A DNA stretch of 64,000 nucleotides from an uncultured Planctomycetota bacterium. GTDB taxonomy: Bacteria > Planctomycetota > Planctomycetia > Isosphaerales > Isosphaeraceae. The translations under genes were made by a program, and so were the position numbers. The notes under the pieces are model-generated. The model worked only from the letters and a program-made list of their open reading frames with translations. It was not told the DNA's origin and did no database searches. This document shows positions 1-11,384 of the stretch, piece by piece (the stretch's first letter is position 1; every line of letters begins with the position of its first letter). The DNA lies in assembly GCA_963845755.1 (NCBI GenBank), contig CAWJTV010000001.1, forward strand, positions 224,001-288,000, given 5' to 3'.

Positions 1-910
1 CTGCATCGACTTGTGCACGTCGGACACGACCGTCAGGGTCGATCCCGTATCCTTCTTGATGATCGGCAGATACACCGACTTCTTGCCGTTGACCAGCGCG
101 TAACCATACGTAATGTCGGTATCGTCCATGATGGTCGCCACGTCGCGGAGGTAGACGTTCAGCCCTGTCTTGACCGGGATGGCCCCCATGTGCTGGATGT
201 TGACCACCGTGGCGTTGTTCGCGACCACCGGCATCGAATCCTTGATGTAGATGTTCCCCGCCGGAATGATGGTATTCCCCCGGGCCAGCGCGTCGATCAC
301 GTCCTGGGGATTCAGGTGGTAGTCGAGCAGCTTGTTGGGATCGACGCTGACCACGATCGACCGCATGTTCGGCCCGAACGGCGAGATCGCCACCGTGCCG
401 GGGACGTACTTCTGCACCAGCGGCCGGATGATGTTCTTGCGCCAGGTCGCCCATGGCCCCCAGCGACGTGATCTCGCTCTCGAACACCAGATAGCCGACC
501 GGGACGCTGCCGGCGTCCATCCGCATGATCATCGGCGGCAACGTCCCCTTGGGCATCCACGACATCGCCCGGTCCGACATCGCCACCACCTGGGCCATCG
601 CCTGGCCCATGTCGGTGCCCGGGAAGAACGCCAACTCGGTCAGGGCGACCTGCTGGATATTCCGCGTGTTGATATCTTGAATGCCGTCCACGTACTGGAA
701 ATACAGCTCGAGCTGATTGACGATGAAGCCTTCCATCTGGTCGGGGCTCATGCCGATATAATCGAGGAAGACGTAGATCTTCGGCACGTTCAGCGCGGGG
801 AAGATGTCCACCCGCATCCGGCTGTAGGACAGCGCGCCACCGCTGATCAGGGCCACGACCAACATCAGGACCGAGATCGGATGTCGCATCGCGAAGCTGG
901 TCGGATTCAT
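1..910 (-). CDS. RND efflux permease (CusA/CzcA/AcrB family), N-terminal part, runs off the window start; +1 frameshift near 438
   Basis: ATG at 910 reads MNPTSFAMRHPISVLMLVVALISGGALSYSRMRVDIFP...; very close paralog of 7122-10472; an extra base at GCGCAAGAAC breaks the frame exactly as in the paralog. Confidence 0.9.
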   Translation of the reverse strand, partial: MNPTSFAMRHPISVLMLVVALISGGALSYSRMRVDIFPALNVPKIYVFLDYIGMSPDQMEGFIVNQLELYFQYVDGIQDINTRNIQQVALTELAFFPGTDMGQAMAQVVAMSDRAMSWMPKGTLPPMIMRMDAGSVPVGYLVFESEITSLGAMGDLAQEHHPAAGAEVRPRHGGDLAVRAEHAVDRGQRRSQQAARLPPESPGRDRRAGPGEYHHSGGEHLHQGFDAGGREQRHGGQHPAHGGHPGQDRAERLPPRRGDHHGRYRHYVWLRAGQRQEVGVSADHQEGYGIDPDGRVRRAQVDA

Positions 911-1974
911 GATCTTCTCCCCCAGCCGTCTCAAGAGTTCCACGCACAACGGAAAGCCGAAAGGGTGGCGGACGGGGCCACCCGCTACGACCCGAAGTCG
1001 AGTCCCCCAATGCCGTACGCAAGGAAAAGCCGAGGGCGCGCCGGGCCAAGCCGGCTCCTCCGATCAGGCGACGCATCAGCCCTCTGGTAAGAAGCGGCCC
1101 TGCTCGCCGATTCACCCGTCTCGCTGATTTTTTCTTTGCATGGATCTATCGAGGTAGGACACCCTCTTACGATGCTGAGAGGGCGTCCCTTGGTATCGAA
1201 AAACCACATCTCTTAATGAATTAGAGATCCTTCGCCGACCCGAAAAACCGAGGAATGGATTTGACTGCTGATTAGACGCGATCCGATCGGTCCTTTGCAA
1301 GAGCGTTGTCAGAAAATAAATTCTCTATTCATTAACTACCCACACATCCCCAGATTGTTTGCGAGTTGACCCTGGTAGCCCTTTTTGCGACTTTCGCCGC
1401 TTTCCTTGGGCCCCGCGCCGTCACATTCGGACTTGCACCGAGAGAGAAAAAATGTCTGTTATTTTAACTTCCGATTATATTTATGAGGCCATTGGACCCG
1501 ATCTTTGCTGAACCTCAATACCCTTGAGTCCGTCGCAACTGATTGTTGCAGAAGAGGTTTCGATTTCGTCCCTGTCTCCCCGTGAAAGACAGGACAAGAA
1601 GGAACTCCTTTGGTGTGATTCAGGTAATTTGCATTCTCATTTCATCAGTTCAGGAGTCCCTGATGATCGCTACGTTCGATCAATTGGCCGATACCTTGTA
1701 AGCCCTCTCGACTACCGGCGTCGATCAGTCCGCTCAGGATTCCGGAAAGATCCGGCCCCTGCGGAAGATTATCGGCGCCGGACGTGGGGGCGTCGCCGCC
1801 GAATCGTCCGGGCCTGAGCGACCAGGGCTTCTTCGTTCTGGAGGGGCAGGCTGAGGATCAAGAGCCGTCGATCCACCTGGTCAGCCGTATTCCAGCGTTT
1901 GAGAAGATGCAAGCCGGCAAGCAGAATGCGATGATGTGACTGCTTGCCGGAACTGGAGGGCAGGAGCGATCGAG

Positions 1975-2140
1975 GGATCACACCGTCGCCGAAGGCGACG
2001 GCTTCTCGGGGCACGCTTGACCTGGTGGCCTACGTTGAGCCCCGCAAGCCCGATCCGGGCCTGGAGTCCGCGAGCCAGGATGTTCCTGGCCGCATTCTCG
2101 TCTCGGTGGAGGGAGATGCCGCAATGCGGACAGTCATGGA
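1975..2140 (-). mobile_element. tnpB: IS200/IS605 right-end remnant with TnpB C-terminal fragment
   Basis: HDCPHCGISLHRDENAARNIL (zinc ribbon plus RuvC-III RDxNAAxNI motif) followed by the hairpin CCGTCGCC-TTC-GGCGACGG typical of these right ends; the rest of tnpB is absent. Confidence 0.75.
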
Positions 2141-2271
2141 ATCGCCTCGTCTGCACCCATCGACGAGGCCATCCCCGCTGTGGAAGCCCATCAACCACTC
2201 GAGCGCTAAGGCGACCGGCGGATCAAAGTCCAACAAAGAATCGATCGGTTCCCGACCGAGACGATCCGCCC

Positions 2272-2495
2272 AGTCCCAACGGGACGGGATCGTAAAGCGC
2301 GGGGTCTCAACCCCGGGACCGCTCGCCACGCCCGGCTCGGCTCCCTCCCTTCCGGCGAGCCCCGACGGTGCGGCATCACTCCACGCCGCGCCGGCGGTGA
2401 TGTCGCCCCGTCGGGGCTCGTGGAACGCCAGAGGATGGGGCTGGCGTTCTCGGGGCTCACGCCCCGAGCTGTACGATCTCGCCCCATTCGGGACT
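2272..2495. repeat. REP/REPIN-like nested inverted repeat
   Basis: Imperfect outer arms 2272-2314/2451-2495 and inner arms 2356-2379/2397-2420 (GCCCCGTCGGGGC, GGGGCTCACGCCCC); same architecture as 37061-37251. Confidence 0.7.
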
Positions 2496-2604
2496 CAATC
2501 CGGCACCCCCGATTGCCCTTCGACAGGGGCCGACGACATCCAGACCCGGGGTCACTGAATTCCTGCCGACCGCCTAATGCGGCGTTCGGCCGCAACCCAA
2601 TCGG

Positions 2605-2683
2605 GATTCCCGATTCGAGATTCCCGATTCCCGAGGGGAATGATCCGGGAATCCGGAATCTCGAATCCGGAATTCGGAATCCC
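2605..2683. repeat. Inverted heptamer tandem repeats, (GATTCCC)n facing (GGAATCC)n
   Basis: GATTCCC GATTCGA GATTCCC GATTCCC followed by about 5 reverse-complement units. Confidence 0.8.
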
Positions 2684-2825
2684 CAGAGGCGCGCACGGCG
2701 CAGGGATCCTACCGAGGAAGACTCTACGTTTTTTCGGGACTGCGCCGGAACAAATGGCCCCTGCGGGGCAGTTGAATAAAAGTCAACCATCGACAACAAA
2801 TTATCGATGCGCGGCCCATCAGGGC

Positions 2826-4550
2826 CTAATGAGTGGTGTCGAGAGGACTGCTACCTGACACAACGCTCTTTGTGGTTTTGGCTTGCGACGACGAATCCGG
2901 CGCCTTGTGAACCTCCGTGGGTCCGGAGTTCGTCGGGCGATGCTCCGCGGATCCGCTCGCAACTTTCGGCTCGTTTTTGGCGGAAGCCAGCTCTACCGGG
3001 CCACCGTTGACCAGCAGCGTCAGGTCGCTCAGCAGGAGCACTTTCTCGGTGCCGTCGAAAGGCACCCAGCCCTCCTTGCCCTTAGCCGAGGGCGGGAGAA
3101 GGCGATTGGTAACCTCCATCCACTTGCCGTCACTGAGGCCCGTCTGGACCTCCACCCGCCGGGCGCGGCCGTCCTCGTAGAGCCAGCAAAAGGTCTTCTC
3201 GCCGACGTACATCAACGCCGAAATCCGAGCGTGATCGCGTTTACATCCTTGTATCTCACAAAACGTATTGTCGTCCAGGTGGATGGGCGCCGCCACCGGC
3301 AGCGCACGCACGCCCGGCCGCTCGATGATCACCTTGCCATAAGCGTACATCCCGGGCAGGAGCTGGATTCCGGTCTTGGACTTGTCGAAGGTCTCGATCT
3401 GGTGAGACCCGGTGTCTTTGTAGGGCTTGGGGACGTCGGAGTTGTACAGGTCGATCTCGGCACGGAGTGTCCGGGTCTTGTCATTCAAGGCCCAGGAGGT
3501 GCGGGTGACGGCGGCCGGGATCGGCTCGTCGCGAAACGCCTTGACCTGCACGCTGGCCTTGGTGCCGACCTGGACGTAGTCGGCATGCTGTTCCGGGACC
3601 TCGACGAAGATCCGGACGACATCGGTGCGGTCAACCACGTAGATCGGCGCGGCGGCGCCGCTGGGGGAGAGGAAGGGGGCATTCGGGTCGGCCGTGGGGT
3701 CGCCGGTCGTGGGCAGGACGAAGTCGAACGTGTTGGCATTGCGGGCCACGATCACCCCATCGAACGGGGCGGGAAGCGTGAGGTAGTCCACCCACGCCTG
3801 CAACCGTTTCTCCTCGCTTTTCGCCACTTCCAGATCGGCCTGGGCGACCCGGACGTCCACCTTGGCCTGGGAGAGCGCGGCCTGCCGGGAGAGCAGCTCG
3901 GCTTCCGCTTTCTTGACGGTCGCCTTCGCCGCGTCCCGCGACGCGAGGCTCGCCTTCCAGCGATTCTGGGCCTGGAGGAGGTCCTGGGGAGAGAGCACTC
4001 CGCGCTTGACCTCGTCTTCGAGCCGTTTGACCTCGGAATCCCAGCGGTTAACTTCCCGACGATAGCTGACGAGCTCAGCCTGAGCCTCCTCCAGGCGCGC
4101 CATGGCCGCCTCGACATCGGCCTGGGCCACCAACACCACCTTCTTGGCCAGTTCGACGCGTTCCTCGTCGAGTTTCACGGTGGCCTTCTTCGTGCCGTGT
4201 TCCTCGACCAGCTCGGGTACGAAGAGGTAGGCGAGCGGTTGGTCCTTCTTGACCGTGTCGCCGATGTCCACCTTCCACTGCTTGATGTAGGCGTTCATCT
4301 TCGGGTACACCGAGGAGCGCTCGTAAGCTTCGACGAAGCTCGGCTGCCCGACGATCCGAACGACCTTCCGGGGTTTCGCCTCGATCAACTGCACGATCGG
4401 GGGACTCGACACGCTCTTGTAGCGGCTCTCCTCCTCGTGGTGGCACCCCGGCGCCACCAGGGCGGCCAGGAGACCGAACCCCAACCAGGACGCCGGATGG
4501 CCGAGCTTCGCCGGACGATCCGGCGTGGTAGCTGAATCGAGACCACGCAT
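2826..4550 (-). CDS. RND periplasmic adaptor (membrane fusion protein), probable lipoprotein
   Basis: LVAPGC lipobox-like motif, lipoyl half-motifs (VDIGDTVKKDQPL, LPAPFDGVI), coiled coil, TRTLRAEID; GAGGG RBS before ATG 4550. Confidence 0.9.
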   Translation of the reverse strand: MRGLDSATTPDRPAKLGHPASWLGFGLLAALVAPGCHHEEESRYKSVSSPPIVQLIEAKPRKVVRIVGQPSFVEAYERSSVYPKMNAYIKQWKVDIGDTVKKDQPLAYLFVPELVEEHGTKKATVKLDEERVELAKKVVLVAQADVEAAMARLEEAQAELVSYRREVNRWDSEVKRLEDEVKRGVLSPQDLLQAQNRWKASLASRDAAKATVKKAEAELLSRQAALSQAKVDVRVAQADLEVAKSEEKRLQAWVDYLTLPAPFDGVIVARNANTFDFVLPTTGDPTADPNAPFLSPSGAAAPIYVVDRTDVVRIFVEVPEQHADYVQVGTKASVQVKAFRDEPIPAAVTRTSWALNDKTRTLRAEIDLYNSDVPKPYKDTGSHQIETFDKSKTGIQLLPGMYAYGKVIIERPGVRALPVAAPIHLDDNTFCEIQGCKRDHARISALMYVGEKTFCWLYEDGRARRVEVQTGLSDGKWMEVTNRLLPPSAKGKEGWVPFDGTEKVLLLSDLTLLVNGGPVELASAKNEPKVASGSAEHRPTNSGPTEVHKAPDSSSQAKTTKSVVSGSSPLDTTH

Positions 4551-4667
4551 GACAGCTCTTCCCTCAAGGTAGGCGCCGTGCCGGGCGCGGAATACGGAGA
4601 AGCCGGGAACCGCCCGACCACGTCGCGTGTTTGGCTGCATGTCGCCACCCTCCGGGGAGCGTCGATT

Positions 4668-5223
4668 CTATTCGGGAAGGTGCCACGACGATGCCGGCTC
4701 GAAGACCTCCACGTGATCGGACGCCTGGCGAGCGAGCAAGTTCCGGGCGCGATCGATGACCTCCGCGACGCCCCGAACCACGACGATGAACTTGCCGCCC
4801 TCGATCTGCGTCTCGTACTTGAGGGCGCGGTCCTTCGGGATGCCCCAGCCGACCAGCGCGCACCGCCAGGCTACCCAGTGCCGTCCCGGCGATCGCGCCT
4901 TCCATCCCCGCCAGCAGGGCCGCCGCCAGTGGGCCGGCGACGATCACCGGCCCCACTCCGGGTATGAGCATGACCCCCGCGCCAACCAGCAAGCCGAATA
5001 GGCCCCCGAACAACGCGCCGGTCGCCGCTCCGGCCTTGGCGTAGTCGGCGAGACTGACGAAGCCGACCGGCTCTTCTTTGACCTGAAAGTCACGGCCGAT
5101 GATCGAGAGATCGCCCTTGGCGAACCCCGCCTCGTGAAGCTGCTGGATCGCCTTCTCGGCCGCGGCGTGATCGGGATAGACCGCCACGATGCTCGAGCCG
5201 ACCGGAGCATCTATGTGACTCAT
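4668..5223 (-). CDS. General-stress/YflT-like glycine-zipper membrane protein (frameshift near 4858)
   Basis: IVAVYPDHAAAEKAIQQLHEAGF...GAATGALFGGLFG...GPLAAAL; the corrected frame continues GALVGWGIPKDRALKYETQIEGGKF to TAG at 4668. Confidence 0.75.
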
Positions 5224-5410
5224 GCTGCCTGCCTCCGGTGAGGATATCACGGTGACCTGGGACGCCCCTATTCCATCATTCATCAGGGATACCGGAAAGT
5301 CCAGCCAATCGTGCGACCGACCCCGACGCCACACTCCCGGCGCCGCCCTCGTGCCGAGCGGATCGGTGACACGGTGCGCCTTCGCCGGAGCACGACGGCC
5401 TGCCGGACCA

Positions 5411-6958
5411 TTACAGCTTGCTCTTGTCCCTGCCGATCGGCTGGTTCGACGCCTCCACGGGCCCGCCCCCGCCTTCGGTGTTCGCCGCCCGCGGCTTGGT
5501 GACGGCCGTCTCGCTCACCAGTCGCGTCCCCTCCAGGGCCGGGCCGACTGTCACGGAGGCGCCCTCGGCGAGGAGCGACAGGTCGCCCAGGATCACCTGC
5601 TCCTTGCCGTCGATCGGTACCCACGGCTCCGCCTCGCTTTCCGGCGATGGAAGCTGGCGACTGGTGACCTCGACCCACTCGCCATCGCTGGGCCCCGTCT
5701 GCAACTCTGTCCGAATCGCATGCCCGTTCTCGTGCGTCCAGCAATACGTCTTATCCTCGCTATAGGTTAGCGCGGACACCGGCAACGCGTGCACGTTCGG
5801 TCGCTCGATGATGACCTTGGCGTAGGCGTACATCCTGGGTAAGAGTTGGCTCCCGGGGTTCGGAATGTCGATCTCCGCACGCAGCGTGCGGCTCTTGGAG
5901 TTCAGCGCCCAGGATGTCCGGGTGACCTCCGCCGGGATCGGCTCGTCCCGGTATGCCTTGACCAGCACCGTCGCCTTGGTCCCGATGTGGACGTAGTTGG
6001 CGTCCTGCTCGGGAATGTCCACGAAGATCCGCACCACGTCGGTGCGATCGACGACGTAGATCGGCGCGGCGGCCCCACTGGGCGAGAGGTCGCGTGCACG
6101 GGGATCCTGGTGGTGGGCCGTGGGGTCGCCGTTACCGGGCAGGAGGAAGTCGAACGTATTGGCGTTGCGCACGGTGATCACGCCGTCGAATGGCGCCGTG
6201 AGCGTGAGATAGCCCACCCAGGCCTTCAGCCGACGCTCCTCGCTCTCGGCCACCTTCAGGTCGGCCTCGGCGACCTTGACGGCGACCTCGGCCTTGGCCA
6301 TCACGGCCTGCTTGGAGCGGAGTTCCGCGTCCGCCCGCTTGATCGTCGCCCTGGCCTTGTCCCGCGCCGCGATGCTCGACTCGAGCTGATTGGACGACTC
6401 GATCAGGACGTGGGAATGGACCACGTTGGTCTGCTGTTTGAGCCGCCTGACCTCCGAGTCCCAGCGGTCGACCTCGGCCTGGTACTTATTCAGGATTTCT
6501 TGGGCCTCCTTGAGGCGCGCCTCGGCCGCCGTGACATCCGCCGTGGCCACCCTGACCACCTCCTCGGCCAGGTCGATTCGCTCCTGGTCGAGCACGACGG
6601 ACGCCTTCTTCGTATCGTGGTCCTCTTCCAGCTCGGGCACGAAGAGATAAGCGAGGTGCTGGTCCTTCTTCACCTTGTCGCCGATGTCTACGAGCCACTT
6701 CTTGATGTAGGCGGTCGGCTTGGCATAGATCGAGGTCCGCTCATACGCTTCGATGAAACTCGGCTGGCCGACGACCCGGACGATCTTCCGGGTCTGCGGC
6801 CGGATCAAGTGCACGCTCGGAGGCTTCGTGTCGTTCGCGAATACGATCGGGGCCTCGTGGCCGCAGCCCGGCGCCATCAGGGCAGCCAGGAACCCGAACA
6901 CGAGCCAGCGACGGCCCGTGGAACGATCCATTAGCGAGGGCCGGGTAAGGCGGGGCAT
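5411..6958 (-). CDS. RND periplasmic adaptor (membrane fusion protein), paralog of 2826-4550
   Basis: LMAPGC; shares RVVGQPSFIEAYER, LTAPFDGVI and SRTLRAEID with the paralog; GGAG RBS. Confidence 0.9.
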   Translation of the reverse strand: MPRLTRPSLMDRSTGRRWLVFGFLAALMAPGCGHEAPIVFANDTKPPSVHLIRPQTRKIVRVVGQPSFIEAYERTSIYAKPTAYIKKWLVDIGDKVKKDQHLAYLFVPELEEDHDTKKASVVLDQERIDLAEEVVRVATADVTAAEARLKEAQEILNKYQAEVDRWDSEVRRLKQQTNVVHSHVLIESSNQLESSIAARDKARATIKRADAELRSKQAVMAKAEVAVKVAEADLKVAESEERRLKAWVGYLTLTAPFDGVITVRNANTFDFLLPGNGDPTAHHQDPRARDLSPSGAAAPIYVVDRTDVVRIFVDIPEQDANYVHIGTKATVLVKAYRDEPIPAEVTRTSWALNSKSRTLRAEIDIPNPGSQLLPRMYAYAKVIIERPNVHALPVSALTYSEDKTYCWTHENGHAIRTELQTGPSDGEWVEVTSRQLPSPESEAEPWVPIDGKEQVILGDLSLLAEGASVTVGPALEGTRLVSETAVTKPRAANTEGGGGPVEASNQPIGRDKSKL

Positions 6959-7121
6959 CAAGGATCTCCAGGTAAGGGGGCGAGGCCGACCGGCGACCGC
7001 CCCTGAGGTCTTTCCGAGTTCAAGGTCCAAGACGGATCTCCACACAAAGGGACGGTGCATAAGGAACTCCGCATGCATGAAGTACGGGTGCAGCGTCACG
7101 AAAGTTCGGCGGTTTTCCGGA

Positions 7122-10100
7122 TCAGGCCGACTCGCCGGGCATGGAGCCGGCATCCGCGTCGGGGCCGATCCCTTCGGCCTCCAGGCCGGGCACTCCGTGT
7201 GGAGGCACCTCGTGCGCGACGGCGTGGCCGGAATCGCCGTGGGTGGCGAAGACGTTCGGGTCGTAGTGTGCGCTCTCGGGGTCGTCCGGGTAGATCGACG
7301 GCGACCGGGCCACCTTCTTGCCGATCACCACCGCGAAGATCGACGGGACGACCAGCAGCGTGGCGAACGTGGACATCACCAGCCCGCCGATCACCGCCAG
7401 GCCCAGCGGGGCCTGCATCTGGCTCCCCCGCTCCAATGCCAGCGCCATCGGCACCATGCCCACCGTCATCGCACAGGCCGTCATCAAGATCGGCCGCAGC
7501 CGCTCGCTCGCCCCGATGATCGCCGCCTCGACCGACGGCACTCCTCGCTTCCAGTGCTCGTCGATGAACGTCACCAGCATGACCGAGTTCGACACCGAGA
7601 CGCCCAGGCACATGATCGAGCCCATGAACGACTCGATGTTGAGCGAGGTGCTGGTCGAGTAGAGGATCGCGGCGATGCCCGCCAGCACGCCCGGCACGGC
7701 GCCGACGGAGATCAGCGCCAGTCGAGGCGACTGGAAATAGGCGGTCAGGAGCACGAAGATCACGAACACGGCGACCGCCAGCCCGATCCCCAGCGACAGG
7801 AACATCTCGCGCATCGGCGGGAGCTGGCCCATGGTCTCCACGCGCACACCGCGGGGGGGCTCCCCGGCGGCCTCGATCGCCTTTGCGACCTGGCCGGAGG
7901 CCCGCCCCATGTCCTCTCCCTCAACGTTGGCCGTCAAGGTCAGATACGCGCTGCGACATATCGCGGTCGATCTCGCCGGGCCGCAGGCCCTTGCGAACCG
8001 TCGCCACGTCGCGGACCATCAGGTTGACCAGCGGGTTGACCGACTGGAGCGGCAGGATCTCCAGGTCTTCCGCCTTCTCCATCCGGAGCGGCGGGATCTG
8101 AATCTGCACCAGGTAATCGAATCCGGTCTTCACGTTGACCCAGTAGTTCAGGTTGAGGAAACGGGTCGACGAGGTCGCCATCACCAGCGGCATGCTTGAC
8201 GTTTTCGACCGTGGCATCGCTCAAACCCGCCTTCTCGCGATCGATGTTGACCTCGAGGGTGGGATAGTCGAGCGACTGTACGAAGGAGATGTCGCGAAGA
8301 TACTTGATGTTCCTCATCGCGGCCGCGATCTTCTCCGCATGCTGCCGGACCATCTTCAGGTCGGTGCCGACGATGCGGACCGCGATCGGCGTCGACGAGC
8401 CGAAGCTCATGACCGAGGTCACGATATCGCCCGGCTCGAACCCGAAGATCGACAGCTTGGCCTGCTCCTCCGCCTCGGACTTGGACAACCCTCCCTGCTC
8501 CAACCGCTGGGCCAGCCAGGGAATCACCCGCTCGCGGAAGACGCCCCGGAGCCGTTCGCGGAACTCGGCGAGCTTGATCCCGCTGCTTTCCTTCAGCGCA
8601 ACGCGCAACTGGCCGTCGTCGGGCCCGCGCATGAACAGCACCATGTTGTCGATGCCGAAGTTCGGGGCGACCTGCCCCACGTAGCCCATCGTGATCGCGA
8701 TGTTCTCGGTCTTGGCCTCGCGCTCGATCTCCTCGAGGCACTTGACTGCCAGTTGCCGCGTCAACTCGAAGTTGGCCCCCGGCGGCGGCCGGAACCGCAA
8801 GACGAACTGCCCGGAATCGATCTGGGGGAACAACTCGGTACCGACCTCCATCCCCAGGATTCCGAGGACGAGGCCGCACGCCCCGAGATAGATCGGCACG
8901 GTCAGCCAGCGCAGCCGGACGAACCAGTTCACCAGCTTGCCGTAAACCTTGAGCATCTTGCCGAACAGTCCCTTCTCCTCCTCCCCGCCATGCCCCCCGT
9001 GGTGCTTGAGCAGGGCCACGCACAGGATCGGCACCCAGGTGCTGGAGAGCAGGTACGACGCGATCATGGCGAACCCGACGCCCAGGGTCAGTGGCATGAA
9101 GAGCGACCGCAACGGATCGCCCATGATGAATGCCGGGATGAACACCGACAGGATGCAGACCAACGCCAGCAGTCGCGGCACCGCCGTGGCGTTGCTGGCG
9201 TGGAGCACCGCCGTGGCGACGTTCGACGTGTGCCCCATCTGCACGTGCACGTTCTCGATGGTCACCGTCGCCTCGTCCACCAGGATGCCAATGGCCAGCG
9301 CCATGCCGCCCAGCGACATGATGTTGATCGTGTTGCCGGTCATCCACAGCCCCACCAACGACCCCAGCAAGGCCAGCGGGATGTTGGATACCACCACGAT
9401 CACGCTCCTCAGGTCGCCCAGGAACAGCAAGATCATCAGACCGGTCAAGCCCGCACCGATCATCCCCTCGGTCGCCACGCTCTCGACCGCCGCCACCACT
9501 GTCGGCGACTCGTCGAACTCGAAGTTGATCGACACGTCCTTGGGGACCGCGTCCCGGAACATCTGCATCGACTTGTGCACGTCCGCCACCACGGTCAGGG
9601 TCGATCCCGTGTCTTTCTTGATGATCGGCAGATACACTGACTTCTTGCCGTTGACCAGTGCGTAGCCATACGTGATGTTGACGTCATCCAGGATGGTCGC
9701 CACGTCGCGGAGGTAGACGTTCATGCCCGTCTTGATCGGGATTTCCCCCATGTGCTGGATGTTGACGACCGTGGCGTTGTTCGCGACCACCGGCATCATG
9801 TCCTTGAGGTAGACGTTCCCCGCCGGAATGATCGTGTTCCCTTGCGCCAGCGCCTTGATGACGTCCTCGGGATCCAGGTGGTAGTCGACGAGCTTGTGCG
9901 GGTCGACGTTGATCACGATCGACCGCATGTTCGGCCCGAACGGCGAGATCGCCACCGTGCCGGGGACGTACTTCTGCACCAGCGGCCGGATGATGTTCTT
10001 GCGCCAGGTCGCCCATGGCCCCCAGCGACGTGATCTCGCTCTCGAACACCAGGTAGCCGACCGGGACGCTGCCGGTGTCCATCCGCATGATCATCGGCGG

Positions 10101-10472
10101 CAAGGTCCCCTTGGGCATCCACGACATCGCCCGGTCGGACATCGCCACCACCTGGGCCATCGCCTGGCCCATGTCGGTCCCCGGGAAGAACGACAGCTCG
10201 GTCAAGGCCACCTGCTGGATATTCCGCGTGTTGATATCTTGAATGCCGTCCACGTACTGGAAATACAGCTCGAGCTGATTGACGATGAACCCCTCCATCT
10301 GGTCGGGGCTCATGCCGATGTAATCGAGGAAGACGTAGATCTTCGGCACGTTCAGCGGCGGGAAGATGTCCACCCGCATCCGGGTGTAGGCCAGCGCGCC
10401 GCCGCTGATCAGGGCCACGACCAACATCAGGGTCGTGATCGGGCGCCGCATGGCGATGACGGTCGGATTCAT
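7122..10472 (-). CDS. RND efflux permease (CusA/CzcA/AcrB family), full length, split by three +1 frameshifts (~10000, ~8189, ~7948)
   Basis: Four consecutive ORF pieces join into one ~1115 aa RND protein with GILVDEATV (TM4), RLRPILMT and PLGLAVIGGL motifs. Confidence 0.9.
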
Positions 10473-10988
10473 GGATGGGACTCCCTACCGATGCGTGACA
10501 AGTCGGGCATCGAGACCTCGAGTGTAAGATCCGTTATCATCACAAGTGGTTCCGCATGTGACGAGTCTTTACGTTATCTCGGAATTCCATTGATAGGAAG
10601 TGTGGGGGTAAAATCGGTCATCGTGTGCGAGGTCTGTTCCGGCGACGTGCAGGTCTTTCCGGCTCGGGGTGGCCGATCGTGCCGTCGGCTATTGGGTGGA
10701 GAGAAGGAGAGCGTGGGACCCGTCGTTTTCGGACGAATCGATCGATCCATTCCTCGTCGCGAACCTCCTGGGCCCGCATCGGCCCGGCGAGAATCCTGCG
10801 AGAACGACCGCCGTTTGTGCCCGTAACAGCGACTCTCATCGCGGGGCATCCGAGCCCTTGCCCGTGGCAGCCGGGGTTCGTCCGTCGTGGCGACCGAGCC
10901 CTCGCTCGCGACATCAAGGCACGGCGACAGTTCGATCCGACACGCCATTCACACGGATCGCAATCCGCGCGCCACGGCGGAGGCCGAC

Positions 10989-11348
10989 TCAACAACGGAG
11001 CGGGTGGAACACCTGATCGAGGGTGGGGGTGGCAAGGATCCACGCCGGCCGGAAGGCGACGTCGGAGGGAGGGTCGAAATCGCACCAGCCGGGTCGGGTC
11101 GTCCCCTCCTGGTCCTCTTCGCCCTCGACGAGAAGGGCCTTGACCAGAATCGGTTGTGAAGCGGCCAGTGTCGCCGAGATGCCCGGCGAAGTCGTCCTGG
11201 GAATGGGATGGTTGTCGCGGTGGAACCCGAGGTAGGTCATGAGTCGAGCCGGCCTTGGCGGCCGGATTGGCGAGTTCATCACTCCCGCCAGCAGCGCCAG
11301 CACGGACGCGATCCGAATACCGTGGGTCAGGACGCTTCGGTTGGCCAT
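10989..11348 (-). CDS. Small protein with N-terminal hydrophobic helix, SPIR motif and C-terminal PLRC
   Basis: MANRS...SVLALLAGVMNSPIRP...VFHPLRC*; shares layout with 12536-12886 and 28410-28766. Confidence 0.6.
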   Translation of the reverse strand: MANRSVLTHGIRIASVLALLAGVMNSPIRPPRPARLMTYLGFHRDNHPIPRTTSPGISATLAASQPILVKALLVEGEEDQEGTTRPGWCDFDPPSDVAFRPAWILATPTLDQVFHPLRC

Positions 11349-11384
11349 CACCCTATGAATCCGTGCCTATGTTAAGAAACCAAA

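Noticed and set aside
1100..1760. Coding genes or an RNA gene in the AT-richer region upstream of the first permease
   Set aside because: The short ORFs lack motifs and no tRNA or riboswitch fold was recognisable; probably regulatory or decayed DNA
2272..2683. CRISPR array
   Set aside because: The repeats are inverted or 7-mer tandem units without unique spacers, and no cas genes are present
430..10005. Programmed ribosomal frameshift conserved in both RND permease paralogs
   Set aside because: No slippery heptamer; the site abuts GCGC like a dozen unrelated indels, so a systematic sequencing error is more likely
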